A DNA stretch of 64,000 nt from a virus (lineage: Duplodnaviria; Heunggongvirae; Uroviricota; Caudoviricetes): the IMG/VR virus record IMGVR_UViG_3300022562_000659. The stretch is one strand, 5' to 3'. Numbering within the stretch: position 1 is the stretch's first letter; every line of letters starts with the position of its first letter. The notes under the pieces were generated by a model. The model was not told the origin of the DNA. It made no database searches and saw nothing but the letters and a program-made list of their open reading frames with translations. Position numbers and translations under genes: made by a program. Positions 47,699-57,587 of the stretch are shown here, in pieces.

Positions 47699-47804
47699 AT
47701 ATTCTCCCTAATCCAATACCTTTTACATCTTTTACAGGTCGTAATACCGTTGACAGTGGTAGTATCGTGGCTCGCCCGCCACGCGCAGAACAGCCAGTAT
47801 CTAA

Positions 47805-48113
47805 TCATTTCTGCCCTTTATATTTGGCGATGATTTTTTCGGCTACTGGAACAAGATCACGTCCCCACCACTCGGAACCCATGATCTGTGCATCATTGAT
47901 AGCAACCGCTAATTTAACTGGGTCAATTTCAGCGTAAGCCTCTTCAATGGCGTCTAAAAATACATCAATAATTTCTTCGATGTTTTTTGTATTCTCCACA
48001 CGTCTTGCTGTTTGTTGCAGTAATTCGACTAATTTGTCGTGCGCGGGCCATGCCGTTCCGCGAGCCTCCGCGTCTGATAGACCGCGAGAGATAGCATCGT
48101 GGTAAATCTCCAA
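47805..48113 (-). CDS. hypothetical acidic protein
   Basis: TTG start 5 nt after GAGGAGGA. It is shortened from track ORF 47805..48254 to avoid overlap with the upstream gene. Confidence 0.35.
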   Translation of the reverse strand: MEIYHDAISRGLSDAEARGTAWPAHDKLVELLQQTARRVENTKNIEEIIDVFLDAIEEAYAEIDPVKLAVAINDAQIMGSEWWGRDLVPVAEKIIAKYKGQK

Positions 48114-48135
48114 TCGATCCTCCTCTGATAGCGCT

Positions 48136-48696
48136 TTAATACCAGCCGACTTGCTGGAAGTGTCTCCATGCTCCACAGGCTGATCCATATCTTCCGTTGA
48201 CATATCTAATTCCCCATTTAACTTGAGTGATAGGGTTAGTTCTCCAATCATCACCAGCAGACTTCATCTTATTGCCGGGAAGTGCTTGCGGAATGCCGTA
48301 GGCTCCGCTGCTTTTATTGGTAGCATTCCAGCGCCAACCGCTTTCACGCATCCACAATTGATATAAACAAGAATACTGTGTGTCTCCAACGCGAGAGCGT
48401 GCGTATTTCTGCGCTGCGCTTTTGCTCACAACTGGAACCACAAGCTTCGGTTCTTTCGATTTTACCTCAACTATGGGTTTAGAATCAACCTGTTTAATAA
48501 CAGGCTTTTCACTAATTATAGGCCCTGTAATATAGGTATCGGTAATAATATTTGTTGATTGCTGGTTACCTAGTTCAATCGGATGGAATTTTTCCTGTGG
48601 GTATGGTACATATGTTTCATTTTCTTTACCTGAAGTAGAAGCGCATCCAATAACCAATACTGGAACTAGTAACAATAATGCAAATTTAATTCTCAA
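48136..48696 (-). CDS. secreted lipoprotein with putative peptidoglycan-hydrolase-like C-terminal domain
   Basis: TTG start after CCAGGAGG. The lipoprotein signal is MRIKFALLLLVPVLVIGC. The C-terminus is ...MRESGWRWNATNKSSGAYGIPQA.... Confidence 0.4.
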   Translation of the reverse strand: MRIKFALLLLVPVLVIGCASTSGKENETYVPYPQEKFHPIELGNQQSTNIITDTYITGPIISEKPVIKQVDSKPIVEVKSKEPKLVVPVVSKSAAQKYARSRVGDTQYSCLYQLWMRESGWRWNATNKSSGAYGIPQALPGNKMKSAGDDWRTNPITQVKWGIRYVNGRYGSACGAWRHFQQVGWY

Positions 48697-48952
48697 TTTA
48701 AAAAACCTCCTGGAAATCAAATTAGGGACCGGATCTGGAAATAAATCCGAGATCCGGTCCCTAATTTGAGGGAACCTGTTACAGTTTCGGTATCCTATTC
48801 CTTAAACGAGGGGGGAAACGTTCAAGGGATTCGGATTGTCAACTTGGATAAGGGGGAAAGGGGGGAAACCCAATATCCAAATGAGCCGTAAACTGCAACA
48901 GGTCCCACATGCATACTAACATGCGGCAGGGAGGCGGTCAAGCCTCCGGAGG

Positions 48953-49204
48953 TTAAGATTCCTCAACATACAAATCAGGACTGGAAATCTCCACCTCGTC
49001 ATCTGACGCAAATTTTGGTCTTACTTTATTTTTAGGGGTTGATGCTACCGTCATGCCTGGAGTATACTCTATAATGGATACATCGCTCTTGCGGCATCGA
49101 ACACATACCCATACCTGCTTGGTCAGATGGGAATTCTTGATCTTCTTCCGACCAATCCTAATCGGAGCGTAACAGCACTGTGATCTGTATCCATAATCTA
49201 GCAT
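48953..49204 (-). CDS. hypothetical zinc-ribbon protein
   Basis: CYAPIR...CVRCRK. Confidence 0.35.
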   Translation of the reverse strand: MLDYGYRSQCCYAPIRIGRKKIKNSHLTKQVWVCVRCRKSDVSIIEYTPGMTVASTPKNKVRPKFASDDEVEISSPDLYVEES

Positions 49205-49380
49205 TTTTCTTTCTCAGCTTTCTCAGCTAGCTCTTAGCTATAATAGCTATTAATATATTGAGCGGCGGAGCCGCTCTAGCATAATACACTACAAGTAGTG
49301 TTCGTTTCAAGCCATTTATTAAGAAAAATGCAACTATTTTCAAGTCCCATTATCGTTGACTAAAGGAGAGTATAAAGTAC

Positions 49381-49869
49381 ATGAAAAAGCCTAGCAAGAT
49401 TCAAGACCACTTTGTTCTTGTATACCAGCCGGGACACAGTAAGGCTGTCGCCGCTGGTTATGTTCCTGAACATATTCTCGTTGCCGAGAAATCTTTAGGA
49501 CGGAGCCTTACCGCCGACGAGGACGTTCGCCATATCAATGGTGATCCTCACGATAATCGCCCAGCCAACCTAGAAATTATTTCCCTTGGAGATAATTTTA
49601 GGTCACAGTCGGTGGAAATCACCCCTGATATAATCAAGCGTAAAACTTCTAGTAAGACGTTTATTTCTTGTCGTTATCAACGGGTGTGTTGGAAAACTAT
49701 TCGGTCAGTGATAGCGCGGGAAAATGGGGTCTATCTTCCGCATATCTGTAGTTGGCAGACAGAGGGCGATATTTATGACTGCTCCCATTTCTGGAATTTC
49801 TTCGATGCAGAATGGGCGCAAATGGAAACTGAGAAGAAGGAGAGAGAGAACGTTGACGGAGACATATAA
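49381..49869 (+). CDS. HNH endonuclease (free-standing, homing-type)
   Basis: HINGDPHDNRPANLE HNH core. A GGAG RBS is present. The 3' end overlaps the start of the RNR gene. Confidence 0.65.
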   Translation: MKKPSKIQDHFVLVYQPGHSKAVAAGYVPEHILVAEKSLGRSLTADEDVRHINGDPHDNRPANLEIISLGDNFRSQSVEITPDIIKRKTSSKTFISCRYQRVCWKTIRSVIARENGVYLPHICSWQTEGDIYDCSHFWNFFDAEWAQMETEKKERENVDGDI

Positions 49870-51736
49870 GCCAGAGGGATTATCAGAGAAAATATTCAAC
49901 GAACGATATACACTATATTCTGGAGAGACTTGGGAAGAAGCCAGTAAGAGATTAGCAACACATGTTGCATCTGCTGAAGATAATGGGAACAAGGAACGTT
50001 ACATGGAGCGTTTCTATGAAGAGATTGTAACAAATAGGTTCATGCCAGGAGGTAGGATATGGTATGGTTCTGGTAGACCTCGTTCTCAGTTACTCAACTG
50101 CTTTGTTGTGCCTACTAGCGATAGTCGAGAGGGGTGGGGGAAGACTATCCATGATGTTATCGTTGTTTCTGGCATGGGGGGTGGTGTTGGTATTAATTGC
50201 TCCCCCATTAGGCCGCGTGGTTCTCGTATTGCTGGCACTGGTGGCGTTGCAACAGGCGCGGTATCACTCATGGAAATGATTAATGCTGTTGGTGACGTAC
50301 TCGTTGCTGGTGGTGGTCGCAGACTTGCATTGATGCTTGATCTAAATCTTACGCATCCTGATCTACTTGAATTTATTGATGCAAAATTAGATCAAGGCAA
50401 GTTGAATAACGCAAATGTTTCTGTTATCATTGACAAGAAAATGAACACAGAAACACTCGTGAAGAAAATTCGCAATGGTGAGAATTTCGATCTATCGTAC
50501 AGCGGCTCTCGTGGAAAAAGTGTGAATGCCGCTGCACTTTGGGAAAGGATTGTTTCAAATGCATGGTCAAGTGGGGAACCGGGAGTTCTGAATGGAGACT
50601 TGGCTAATCGCGAGTCTAATATCTGGTATTATAAACCTCTGGTATCGACTAATCCTTGTGGTGAAATCTGGTTGGAGGAATATGGATGCTGCGACTTGGG
50701 TGCATTGGTGTTACCTAGGTTTGTGGGTAGTGATGGACGTTTCGATTGGGATTCTCTGTCTCACACTATTTATACAGCTGTAAGATTTCTTGATAATGTT
50801 CTTTCAGTGAACGAATATCCGTTGCCAGAAATTCGTGATAATTGTAATAATGTTCGTCGTATTGGACTTGGCATTATGGGGTTGCACGACATGCTTATCA
50901 AGATTGGATATCGTTACTCGTCCGACGCTTCATTGTTGTTTGTTGACGAATTGATGGATTTCATCAAGATAGAAGCATACAAGGCATCTGTTGAATTGGC
51001 AAAGGAAAAGGGAGCATTCCCGGCATACCAAGATGATTTCCTTTTATCAGGATTTATTACCCGTGCAATTCCGGAGTGGTTGCAAGCGGATATTGCTGAA
51101 AATGGTATTCGAAACTGCGCACTTCTGACGATTGCTCCAACTGGTACAACTGGTATGGTTGCAAATGTCTCTACCGGTATTGAACCTATCTTTGCACCCG
51201 CATACTGGAGAAGATTCTATCGCCCCACGGATGATGGTTCTCGTCAGTTAGACAAAGAATTGGTTGTTAACCCACATTGGATGGAGTTGGAGAGTGCAGG
51301 TAAGAATATTGATGTTCTAGAGGGAGCATATGATATCAGCCCGACTCAACACTTTGAAATGCAGGTTGTGTGCCAGCGTCATATCGACAATGCAACATCA
51401 AAAACTATCAACTTGCCTCAAAATTATGAGGTTGACGCCCTGAGTGATCTTTGGTTAAACTACCTTCCATACCTCAAGGGCACAACATTCTACCGTGCTG
51501 GCAGTCGTGGTCAGGAGCCTCTAGAGGCTATTCCACTGGCTGATGCGAAGCAGATGCTTGGATGGGCACGCAACCAAGTGTCACCGGCATCTGTGGTGGA
51601 GCAGAACATGATGGATTGTCCCGATGGGGTTTGTGAGATTCCGGAAGATTTGAAGCCGAAGATATTTGAGCATCCTATTCTTGGTGAACTTGATATTAGA
51701 GGAAAGATTGAACCTATTCATGAGATAGTAAGGTAG
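49805..51736 (+). CDS. nrdJ: ribonucleotide reductase catalytic subunit (class II NrdJ-like)
   Basis: Conserved N-terminal region FNERYTLYSGETWEEASKRLA. Motifs GGGVGINCSPIRPRGS and GGVATGAVSLMEM are present, along with the active-site Cys in NPCGE. No NrdB is nearby. The exact start is uncertain because of overlap with the HNH ORF. Confidence 0.75.
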   Translation: MQNGRKWKLRRRRERTLTETYKPEGLSEKIFNERYTLYSGETWEEASKRLATHVASAEDNGNKERYMERFYEEIVTNRFMPGGRIWYGSGRPRSQLLNCFVVPTSDSREGWGKTIHDVIVVSGMGGGVGINCSPIRPRGSRIAGTGGVATGAVSLMEMINAVGDVLVAGGGRRLALMLDLNLTHPDLLEFIDAKLDQGKLNNANVSVIIDKKMNTETLVKKIRNGENFDLSYSGSRGKSVNAAALWERIVSNAWSSGEPGVLNGDLANRESNIWYYKPLVSTNPCGEIWLEEYGCCDLGALVLPRFVGSDGRFDWDSLSHTIYTAVRFLDNVLSVNEYPLPEIRDNCNNVRRIGLGIMGLHDMLIKIGYRYSSDASLLFVDELMDFIKIEAYKASVELAKEKGAFPAYQDDFLLSGFITRAIPEWLQADIAENGIRNCALLTIAPTGTTGMVANVSTGIEPIFAPAYWRRFYRPTDDGSRQLDKELVVNPHWMELESAGKNIDVLEGAYDISPTQHFEMQVVCQRHIDNATSKTINLPQNYEVDALSDLWLNYLPYLKGTTFYRAGSRGQEPLEAIPLADAKQMLGWARNQVSPASVVEQNMMDCPDGVCEIPEDLKPKIFEHPILGELDIRGKIEPIHEIVR

Positions 51737-51742
51737 GATTAG

Positions 51743-52045
51743 ATGGCAAGGTGGGGAAGAGGCCCAAATAGAGCTTTTGGGCATGTACACAATTGGAATA
51801 TAGTGTTTTCACAGGCCGAGATTACTGAACTCTCTCCAGATATGTGGGGGAACAATTTTGGTTTTACTGGGAAGCGATATTGGGAGTGTATTCGTGGTGG
51901 AAAGGTTGTCCATCGAGCTCCCAGTAAAGACTATCCTGTTCCTGTTGGGCTATTTGGACAAAGAAGTGATGACTTCCATCCCACAGCACGGTATGAGAAT
52001 GTTATACTGCGTGGTTCAGGAATATATGATTTTGGGAAGGTTTAA
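51743..52045 (+). CDS. hypothetical protein
   Basis: 100 aa. Confidence 0.4.
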   Translation: MARWGRGPNRAFGHVHNWNIVFSQAEITELSPDMWGNNFGFTGKRYWECIRGGKVVHRAPSKDYPVPVGLFGQRSDDFHPTARYENVILRGSGIYDFGKV

Positions 52046-53113
52046 ATGGCAAAAACTCTCGTTGAAATTCTAGAACAAGAAGGAATAGAATTACTTCAGA
52101 GTGGTGATCGTTATAAGGCGTATTGTCCTTTTCATAAGGATGATACGCCTTCTTTCACTATTTATCCGAATGGAACATACTACTGTTTTGGTGTGGGCTG
52201 TGAGGTTTGGGGTGATGCGGTAAAATTTCTTGTCGAATACAAGGGGATGACTTCGAAGGAGGCCCTTAATGAAGTCGGTTTGGATTATAAGCAACCAAGA
52301 GTAGAAAAAAGTAAAGTTATCAAGGTTAAAAGCACGACGCAAACTTGGGCGTTTCTTGATTCAGTTACGACCCAATATCATGAATTCTTACTCGCGATTC
52401 CTGGAGCAGTTAACTATCTATTGGGAAGAGGTTTAACAATGGCTACTATCCGGAAGTACCGCATAGGATACACGGATGGTGGAGTGTTGAATCTCGTATA
52501 TGCATGGGAACGTAAACTTGCTGATGAAGTCGGGCTGATGAATCGTAATGGGTACGAGACTCTGGCCCACCGCATCACAATTCCAAACACCCTAGAGCGT
52601 GGACAAGTCGATTTCATTATGGGCAGAACAATCATTCATGATAAGGTGAAATATCTTGGATTGAGAATGCCGAAGCCATTGATGGGATTTTACGAGGTTC
52701 GCAAAAGTCCTGTGATCTTTATTGTGGAGGGACAGTTTGATTGGCTTGCACTACGCCAGTGGGGGTATCCTGCGGTATGTGTATCAGGTACTAATCCCAA
52801 GTCGCACGAATTAATAGCCCTAGTGGATAAGGAATTGGTCTACGTTCCGGATTTGGATGATGGGCCGGGAATAAAAGCAGCTGAAAGTTTTAAGAACAGA
52901 TTTGGTGATCGGCTTACAATTCTCGACTATTCTGAATTGCGTCCCGATACTGACAAGATGGATATCAGTCGTTTGGCTGAAAATCCTGATGGAGAAAAGT
53001 TGTTCAATCAACTTGTTATGGAGAAATTGACGTGGATTGGAGTTTTATCGAAGGATCAACAAAAGAAGTGGTTCGGGCACTTGATAACACCGACACCTTC
53101 TCCTTTGACCTAG
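52046..53113 (+). CDS. dnaG: DNA primase (DnaG-like: CHC2 zinc finger + TOPRIM)
   Basis: CPFHKDDTPSF (CHC2). TOPRIM motifs EGQFDW and DLDDGPG. Confidence 0.8.
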   Translation: MAKTLVEILEQEGIELLQSGDRYKAYCPFHKDDTPSFTIYPNGTYYCFGVGCEVWGDAVKFLVEYKGMTSKEALNEVGLDYKQPRVEKSKVIKVKSTTQTWAFLDSVTTQYHEFLLAIPGAVNYLLGRGLTMATIRKYRIGYTDGGVLNLVYAWERKLADEVGLMNRNGYETLAHRITIPNTLERGQVDFIMGRTIIHDKVKYLGLRMPKPLMGFYEVRKSPVIFIVEGQFDWLALRQWGYPAVCVSGTNPKSHELIALVDKELVYVPDLDDGPGIKAAESFKNRFGDRLTILDYSELRPDTDKMDISRLAENPDGEKLFNQLVMEKLTWIGVLSKDQQKKWFGHLITPTPSPLT

Positions 53114-54858
53114 AGACAACGGGCCTGAGTCCTCTTGATTCAAGAATTCTATTGTTACAGTTTGGAACAAGGGAGAAGCAGTTTATCATGAGGCCCAGTG
53201 ATCATGTTAGACTACTACTGCCCTATTTGACGAATACTTCTCATAAAGTATTGATCCATAATGCCAAGTTTGAACAGAAATTCATGCAGTACTACTATCA
53301 GTCGCACATTCGCAATGTTTTTGATAGTATGATTGCAGAACAGGTCTTAGAATCAGAGAAATATCCCCGCAGCCTAGAGTATGTTGCTCGCAAGTATCTC
53401 AATCGCGAATTGGACAAGTCCTTACAGAAGTCATTCTTGCAGATGCGTCCAATGGAAGCATTCACAGATGAGCAGTTGAATTATGCGGCTACTGATGTTG
53501 ATGTTCTGTTTGGTATTTACGATAAGCAGAATGATTTGCTGATTGAGAGCGAGCAGAGTGCGATTGCTGAGATTGAGTTTGCCTGTGTTGGTGTCGTTGC
53601 TGCTATGGAATTGGAGGGGTTGCCGGTCGATATTGACAAATGGCGTTCTAAGATTCTTGAATACAAGGAGCGTGAGCGTTCCACTAGAGAGCATTTGTTC
53701 TCCCTGTTCCTAGATGATTCTGACCTTCCTGAACAAGTCGGCATGTTTGAACGTACAGGGGTTGTCCCATCTGCCAAGAAGGAACGAAAGGTTATTACCG
53801 TTATTGATAGCCCCCAACAGATTGGAATGGCATTCAAAGCCATTGGCATTGAATTGCCGATCAATGATAAGGGGCACTACATGACGGATGAACGTACCTT
53901 GGAGAAAGTGAACCACCCAGCTGCGGCTGAGTTGCTTACCTATCGAGGAATTACGAAAGTCCTTGATTCATATGGTGAAACCCTGTTGGACAAGATTCAT
54001 CCGTTCACTGGGAGACTCCACCCCGATTTCAATCAGATTGGCACAGATACTGGACGATTTTCCTGTCGAGAACCCAATGTTCAGCAAATTCCTGAGGAAT
54101 TCCGTGAATTCATTGGTGGCGAGAAGGATTGGCGTATTGTTGGTGGGGATTACTCACAGATGGAATTGCGCATTATTGCCGAATTGAGTCAGGACGAGTC
54201 GTTGATTAGGGCATTCCATATGGGGGGTGATCCTCATGCCTCTACTGCTGCGGTTATGTTCAAAATACCTATTGAGGCCGTGACCAAAGAACAGCGGCAT
54301 ATTGCCAAGACAATCAATTTTGGATTGTCCTACGGAATGGGCACTCCAAAATTGATGGACACTCTGAATGCTGGTCGTGAGAAGAAGTTAACCTACAATG
54401 AGGTTGTCAAACTCAATGATCAGTACAGAACAACCTATAGTGGAGTTATCTCTTGGTTTGTCGATGCTGGAAATAAGGCATTCCGTCAGGGATACTCAGT
54501 TACACTAGGGGGCCGTAAGAGATATTATGAGAGGCCACCTGCTGGACTGGATGCTGAAACACTCAATAACAAGATTGCTGCCACTAAACGACAGGGGGGA
54601 AATTCCCCAATCCAGGGAACGAATGCAGACATTACAAAACTAGCGCTAACTAACTTGTATTTTGAGTTGGAGAGTTACGGATATCGCGCCAAGATCATAA
54701 ATACCGTCCACGATGAGATCACTCTACTAGCCCATAAAAACCACGCTGAAGCCGTTAAAGAGATAGTAGAAGATTCGATGTTGAGGTCCGCTCAGGAGTT
54801 GATCAAGAGCGTTCCAGTCAAAGTTGATTCATACGTGTCTGATTGGTGGAAGAAGTGA
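53032..54858 (+). CDS. polA: DNA polymerase I family A (3'-5' exo + polymerase, no 5' nuclease)
   Basis: Exo I FDLETTGL. Motif A DYSQMELRIIA. Motif B RHIAKTINFGLSYGMG. Motif C VHDEI. Confidence 0.9.
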   Translation: MDWSFIEGSTKEVVRALDNTDTFSFDLETTGLSPLDSRILLLQFGTREKQFIMRPSDHVRLLLPYLTNTSHKVLIHNAKFEQKFMQYYYQSHIRNVFDSMIAEQVLESEKYPRSLEYVARKYLNRELDKSLQKSFLQMRPMEAFTDEQLNYAATDVDVLFGIYDKQNDLLIESEQSAIAEIEFACVGVVAAMELEGLPVDIDKWRSKILEYKERERSTREHLFSLFLDDSDLPEQVGMFERTGVVPSAKKERKVITVIDSPQQIGMAFKAIGIELPINDKGHYMTDERTLEKVNHPAAAELLTYRGITKVLDSYGETLLDKIHPFTGRLHPDFNQIGTDTGRFSCREPNVQQIPEEFREFIGGEKDWRIVGGDYSQMELRIIAELSQDESLIRAFHMGGDPHASTAAVMFKIPIEAVTKEQRHIAKTINFGLSYGMGTPKLMDTLNAGREKKLTYNEVVKLNDQYRTTYSGVISWFVDAGNKAFRQGYSVTLGGRKRYYERPPAGLDAETLNNKIAATKRQGGNSPIQGTNADITKLALTNLYFELESYGYRAKIINTVHDEITLLAHKNHAEAVKEIVEDSMLRSAQELIKSVPVKVDSYVSDWWKK

Positions 54859-54864
54859 GGCTTT

Positions 54865-55161
54865 ATGGACGATATATCGTGGAGACATTTCATTAACAAT
54901 CAATATACGGGACCTGATCTTCCATCAGATGGGAAAGAGGCCCCTAAAATGGAAAATACTAATAAACCAGGTTGGGATGGGGAAACTCCTGTCTTACTAC
55001 AAAAAGTAATAACAGAAGTATATGTATACACCTCTTTAAGTACTAAAGAGATACTGTATAGTGCTGATTCTATACAAGATGTGCAGATCCTAGGAAATAT
55101 GCGCTTGTCTGAGGCCAAGAAGATTATTGACGGGGCTAAGAAAAAGCGCCGTCGCAGGTAA
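54865..55161 (+). CDS. hypothetical protein with basic C-terminus
   Basis: 98 aa ending KKKRRRR. Confidence 0.4.
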   Translation: MDDISWRHFINNQYTGPDLPSDGKEAPKMENTNKPGWDGETPVLLQKVITEVYVYTSLSTKEILYSADSIQDVQILGNMRLSEAKKIIDGAKKKRRRR

Positions 55162-55241
55162 TTTTTGGGTTGAAGCCGAAGCTCTCTTTCAGTTATAGTT
55201 GCATGTAGGCGACCTTGCCTCATCCATCTGGAAGGGAATTT

Positions 55242-55913
55242 GTGAAAAGGCTTGCTGTACTCGATTTGTTCTGCGGTGCTGGTGGTGCCTCAGAGGGATA
55301 CAATCGCGCGGGAGCATTAGTCACAGGCGTGGATATCAATCCCCAGCCTAGATACCCATTTCAATTTGTACAGGCTGATGCACTTGCAGTACTCCGTGGG
55401 GAAGTCCCTACGATTGATCCTAATGCATTTGATCTTATCCACACTAGTCCACCGTGTCAACGATACAGCACGATGACCAAGCGTTGGGGTACAGAGAATG
55501 CTCATCCCGATCTTGTTGCTCCAACTAGGGAATTACTTCAGAAACTAGGCAAATTTTACGTTATCGAAAACGTGCCGGGATCACCATTGAACAATCCTGT
55601 GCGATTGTGCGGGTCTATGTTCAATCTAGGTATCGCTGGTACTGAATGGCAGCTTCGTCGTCATCGTTTATTTGAAGCATCATTTTTTATTATGTCACAA
55701 AAGTGCGCCCATAAGGGACGCGCTGTAGGGGTGTATGGTAACTCAGGGGGATCATCAAAGAGGGATGGATTAGAGTTTCCCAATACAGATGGATGGCGTG
55801 AGGCCATGGATATTTCTTGGATGACTGGTAAGGAATTGAGTGAATCTATTCCTCCAGCATATACCCGATATATTTTTGAAGAATTTAAGTTTTGGATTCG
55901 GAAGGATGGCTGA
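55242..55913 (+). CDS. short C5-cytosine methyltransferase-like protein (paralog 2)
   Basis: GTG after GGAAGGGAA. It has LDLFCGAGG, SPPCQRYS, YVIENV, RRHRLFE and IPPAYT. It is collinear with 12264..13028. The stop codon lies inside the 5' end of tRNA-Ser. Confidence 0.7.
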   Translation: MKRLAVLDLFCGAGGASEGYNRAGALVTGVDINPQPRYPFQFVQADALAVLRGEVPTIDPNAFDLIHTSPPCQRYSTMTKRWGTENAHPDLVAPTRELLQKLGKFYVIENVPGSPLNNPVRLCGSMFNLGIAGTEWQLRRHRLFEASFFIMSQKCAHKGRAVGVYGNSGGSSKRDGLEFPNTDGWREAMDISWMTGKELSESIPPAYTRYIFEEFKFWIRKDG

Positions 55914-55987
55914 GTGGCAAAGCGCCGGTTTGCTAAACCGAGGCCGTCGTAACAGGCGCGTGGGTTCGATCCCCTCTCCTTCCGCCA
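55900..55987 (+). tRNA. tRNA-Ser (anticodon GCT), long variable arm
   Basis: Perfect 7-bp acceptor GGAAGGA/TCCTTCC. The anticodon loop is TTGCTAA. It has a long extra arm, TTCGATC T-loop, G discriminator and encoded CCA. Confidence 0.75.
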
Positions 55988-55999
55988 TTAGGAGATTAA

Positions 56000-56233
56000 G
56001 TGCAAAAGAATAATATAGTAGAATCAGTATTAACTGGAATAATTTTTATATTTGTTCCTTTGTTAGTAGGTGGGGCTATTATAGGTATCACATATCTAGT
56101 ATTTCAGCAAATTTTAGCCCTGATTAACTACTTTAAGTGGACACCTGTAGAAGTTATTGTTATCAGTATTATATTGCTTGCAGCATGGATTTTAGGTGCC
56201 GGTACGATTGTGGTGTTTGATAATGATTCTTAA
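56000..56233 (+). CDS. small membrane protein (2-3 TM)
   Basis: Hydrophobic segments IIFIFVPLLVGGAIIGITYLVF and VIVISIILLAAWILGAG. Confidence 0.45.
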   Translation: MQKNNIVESVLTGIIFIFVPLLVGGAIIGITYLVFQQILALINYFKWTPVEVIVISIILLAAWILGAGTIVVFDNDS

Positions 56234-56606
56234 TCGTAGAATTGCTGTTGTTGGTTCTCGGGAATTTCGCAATTATACACAGTTAGACAAGAAACTGTCT
56301 GAAGTTGTGGGATTTGATGATGAGTTAGTCAGTGGTGGCGCGATAGGTGTTGATTCTATGGCCCAGCGATGGGCAAAGGATCACGGAAATGCAATCCACA
56401 TCTATTATCCGCGATGGAACGATCCGCATACTGGAACGTATGATCGTGGAGCTGGATTTAAGAGAAACAAGGTTATTGTAGAAAATGCCGATCTTGTTCT
56501 CGCTTTTTATCAGCGGGGACGATTTCAGCAAGGTGGAACAGCTAACACGGCCAAGTGGGCGCGTGAGTTGGGGGTACAGTTGTTTGAGTTTGAGGAAGAG
56601 GAATAA
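56223..56606 (+). CDS. SLOG/DprA-like Rossmann-fold protein (DUF2493-like)
   Basis: IAVVGSREFRNY...VVSGGAIGVDSMAQRWA. Confidence 0.4.
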   Translation: MILNRRIAVVGSREFRNYTQLDKKLSEVVGFDDELVSGGAIGVDSMAQRWAKDHGNAIHIYYPRWNDPHTGTYDRGAGFKRNKVIVENADLVLAFYQRGRFQQGGTANTAKWARELGVQLFEFEEEE

Positions 56607-56608
56607 AG

Positions 56609-57580
56609 GTGCTAGGACTTCTTATTAGTGCAACAATCTTTATTGTGACGATTGCACTTATCAGTTACTTTGTAGTAAAGCGATTTATTTGGGAGGATCG
56701 TGCAGAAAAGGCAAAGTATGCCCGAAGTGATAAGCCACCTATTGGGAAGGCTCCACGTACTTGGCTTATTATTCCTACGATTATTTTAGGGTTTCTATTT
56801 TTAATTGCTTCTTTCGGAATCACAGAGGTCCCCGCTGGTTCTGTTGGTGTTATTACTTCGTTTGGTAGGGTAAATGAGGGAACACTTCCTTCCGGCCTTA
56901 CGTATGTTGTTCCAGTTATGAATCAGGTTGTCATCATTGATACGCGGGTTCAGGTTTATGAATTCGCTGATATTGAGGGGGCAACTAGTGATACGCAGGC
57001 AGTCAGACTATCAGGTACAGTAAACTATCGTGTTGATGGAGTTACTGCTTGGCGCTTGTACCGTGATGTTGGTATTGATTTTGCAACTAAGATTTTCAAT
57101 CGTCCTGCGGAAACAGCTCTAAAGAGTATTGTACCAAAGTATACTGCTATTCAAGTTATCTCAAAGCGAGAGGAAATTGCTCTAGCCGCTACTGCAATGC
57201 TGGAGCCGCAGGTTGAACAGTATGGCGTGTCTGTTGAAGCATTCTATGTCTCAAATATTGGACTGAATGTTGCGTTCCTTGATTCTGTCGAGCAGAAGCA
57301 GATTGCGCAGCAGGAGACTCTGCGTGCACAGCAACTAGTTGAAAAGGCAAAGCAGGAAGCAAACGCACGTATTGAAACTGCAAAGGGTGAGGCTCAGTCT
57401 GCTATTGAGCGTGCCCGTGGTGAGGCAGAGGCTAATCGTCAGATCAGCGCATCTTTGACTGATCAAGTGCTTTTGTCCCGATATATCGATAAATTGAGTG
57501 ATAATATTCAGGTAATGCTGGTTCCTGCGGGCCAGAATACTCTTCTTGATTTGAAGAGCCTCATTTCGCAGAAGCAGTAG
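56609..57580 (+). CDS. SPFH/band-7 (stomatin/prohibitin/HflK-like) membrane protein
   Basis: N-terminal TM helices followed by an SPFH-like core. The C-terminal coiled coil is Ala/Glu/Gln-rich (AQQETLRAQQLVEKAKQEANARIETAKGEAQ). Confidence 0.65.
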   Translation: MLGLLISATIFIVTIALISYFVVKRFIWEDRAEKAKYARSDKPPIGKAPRTWLIIPTIILGFLFLIASFGITEVPAGSVGVITSFGRVNEGTLPSGLTYVVPVMNQVVIIDTRVQVYEFADIEGATSDTQAVRLSGTVNYRVDGVTAWRLYRDVGIDFATKIFNRPAETALKSIVPKYTAIQVISKREEIALAATAMLEPQVEQYGVSVEAFYVSNIGLNVAFLDSVEQKQIAQQETLRAQQLVEKAKQEANARIETAKGEAQSAIERARGEAEANRQISASLTDQVLLSRYIDKLSDNIQVMLVPAGQNTLLDLKSLISQKQ

Positions 57581-57587
57581 ATTAAAC

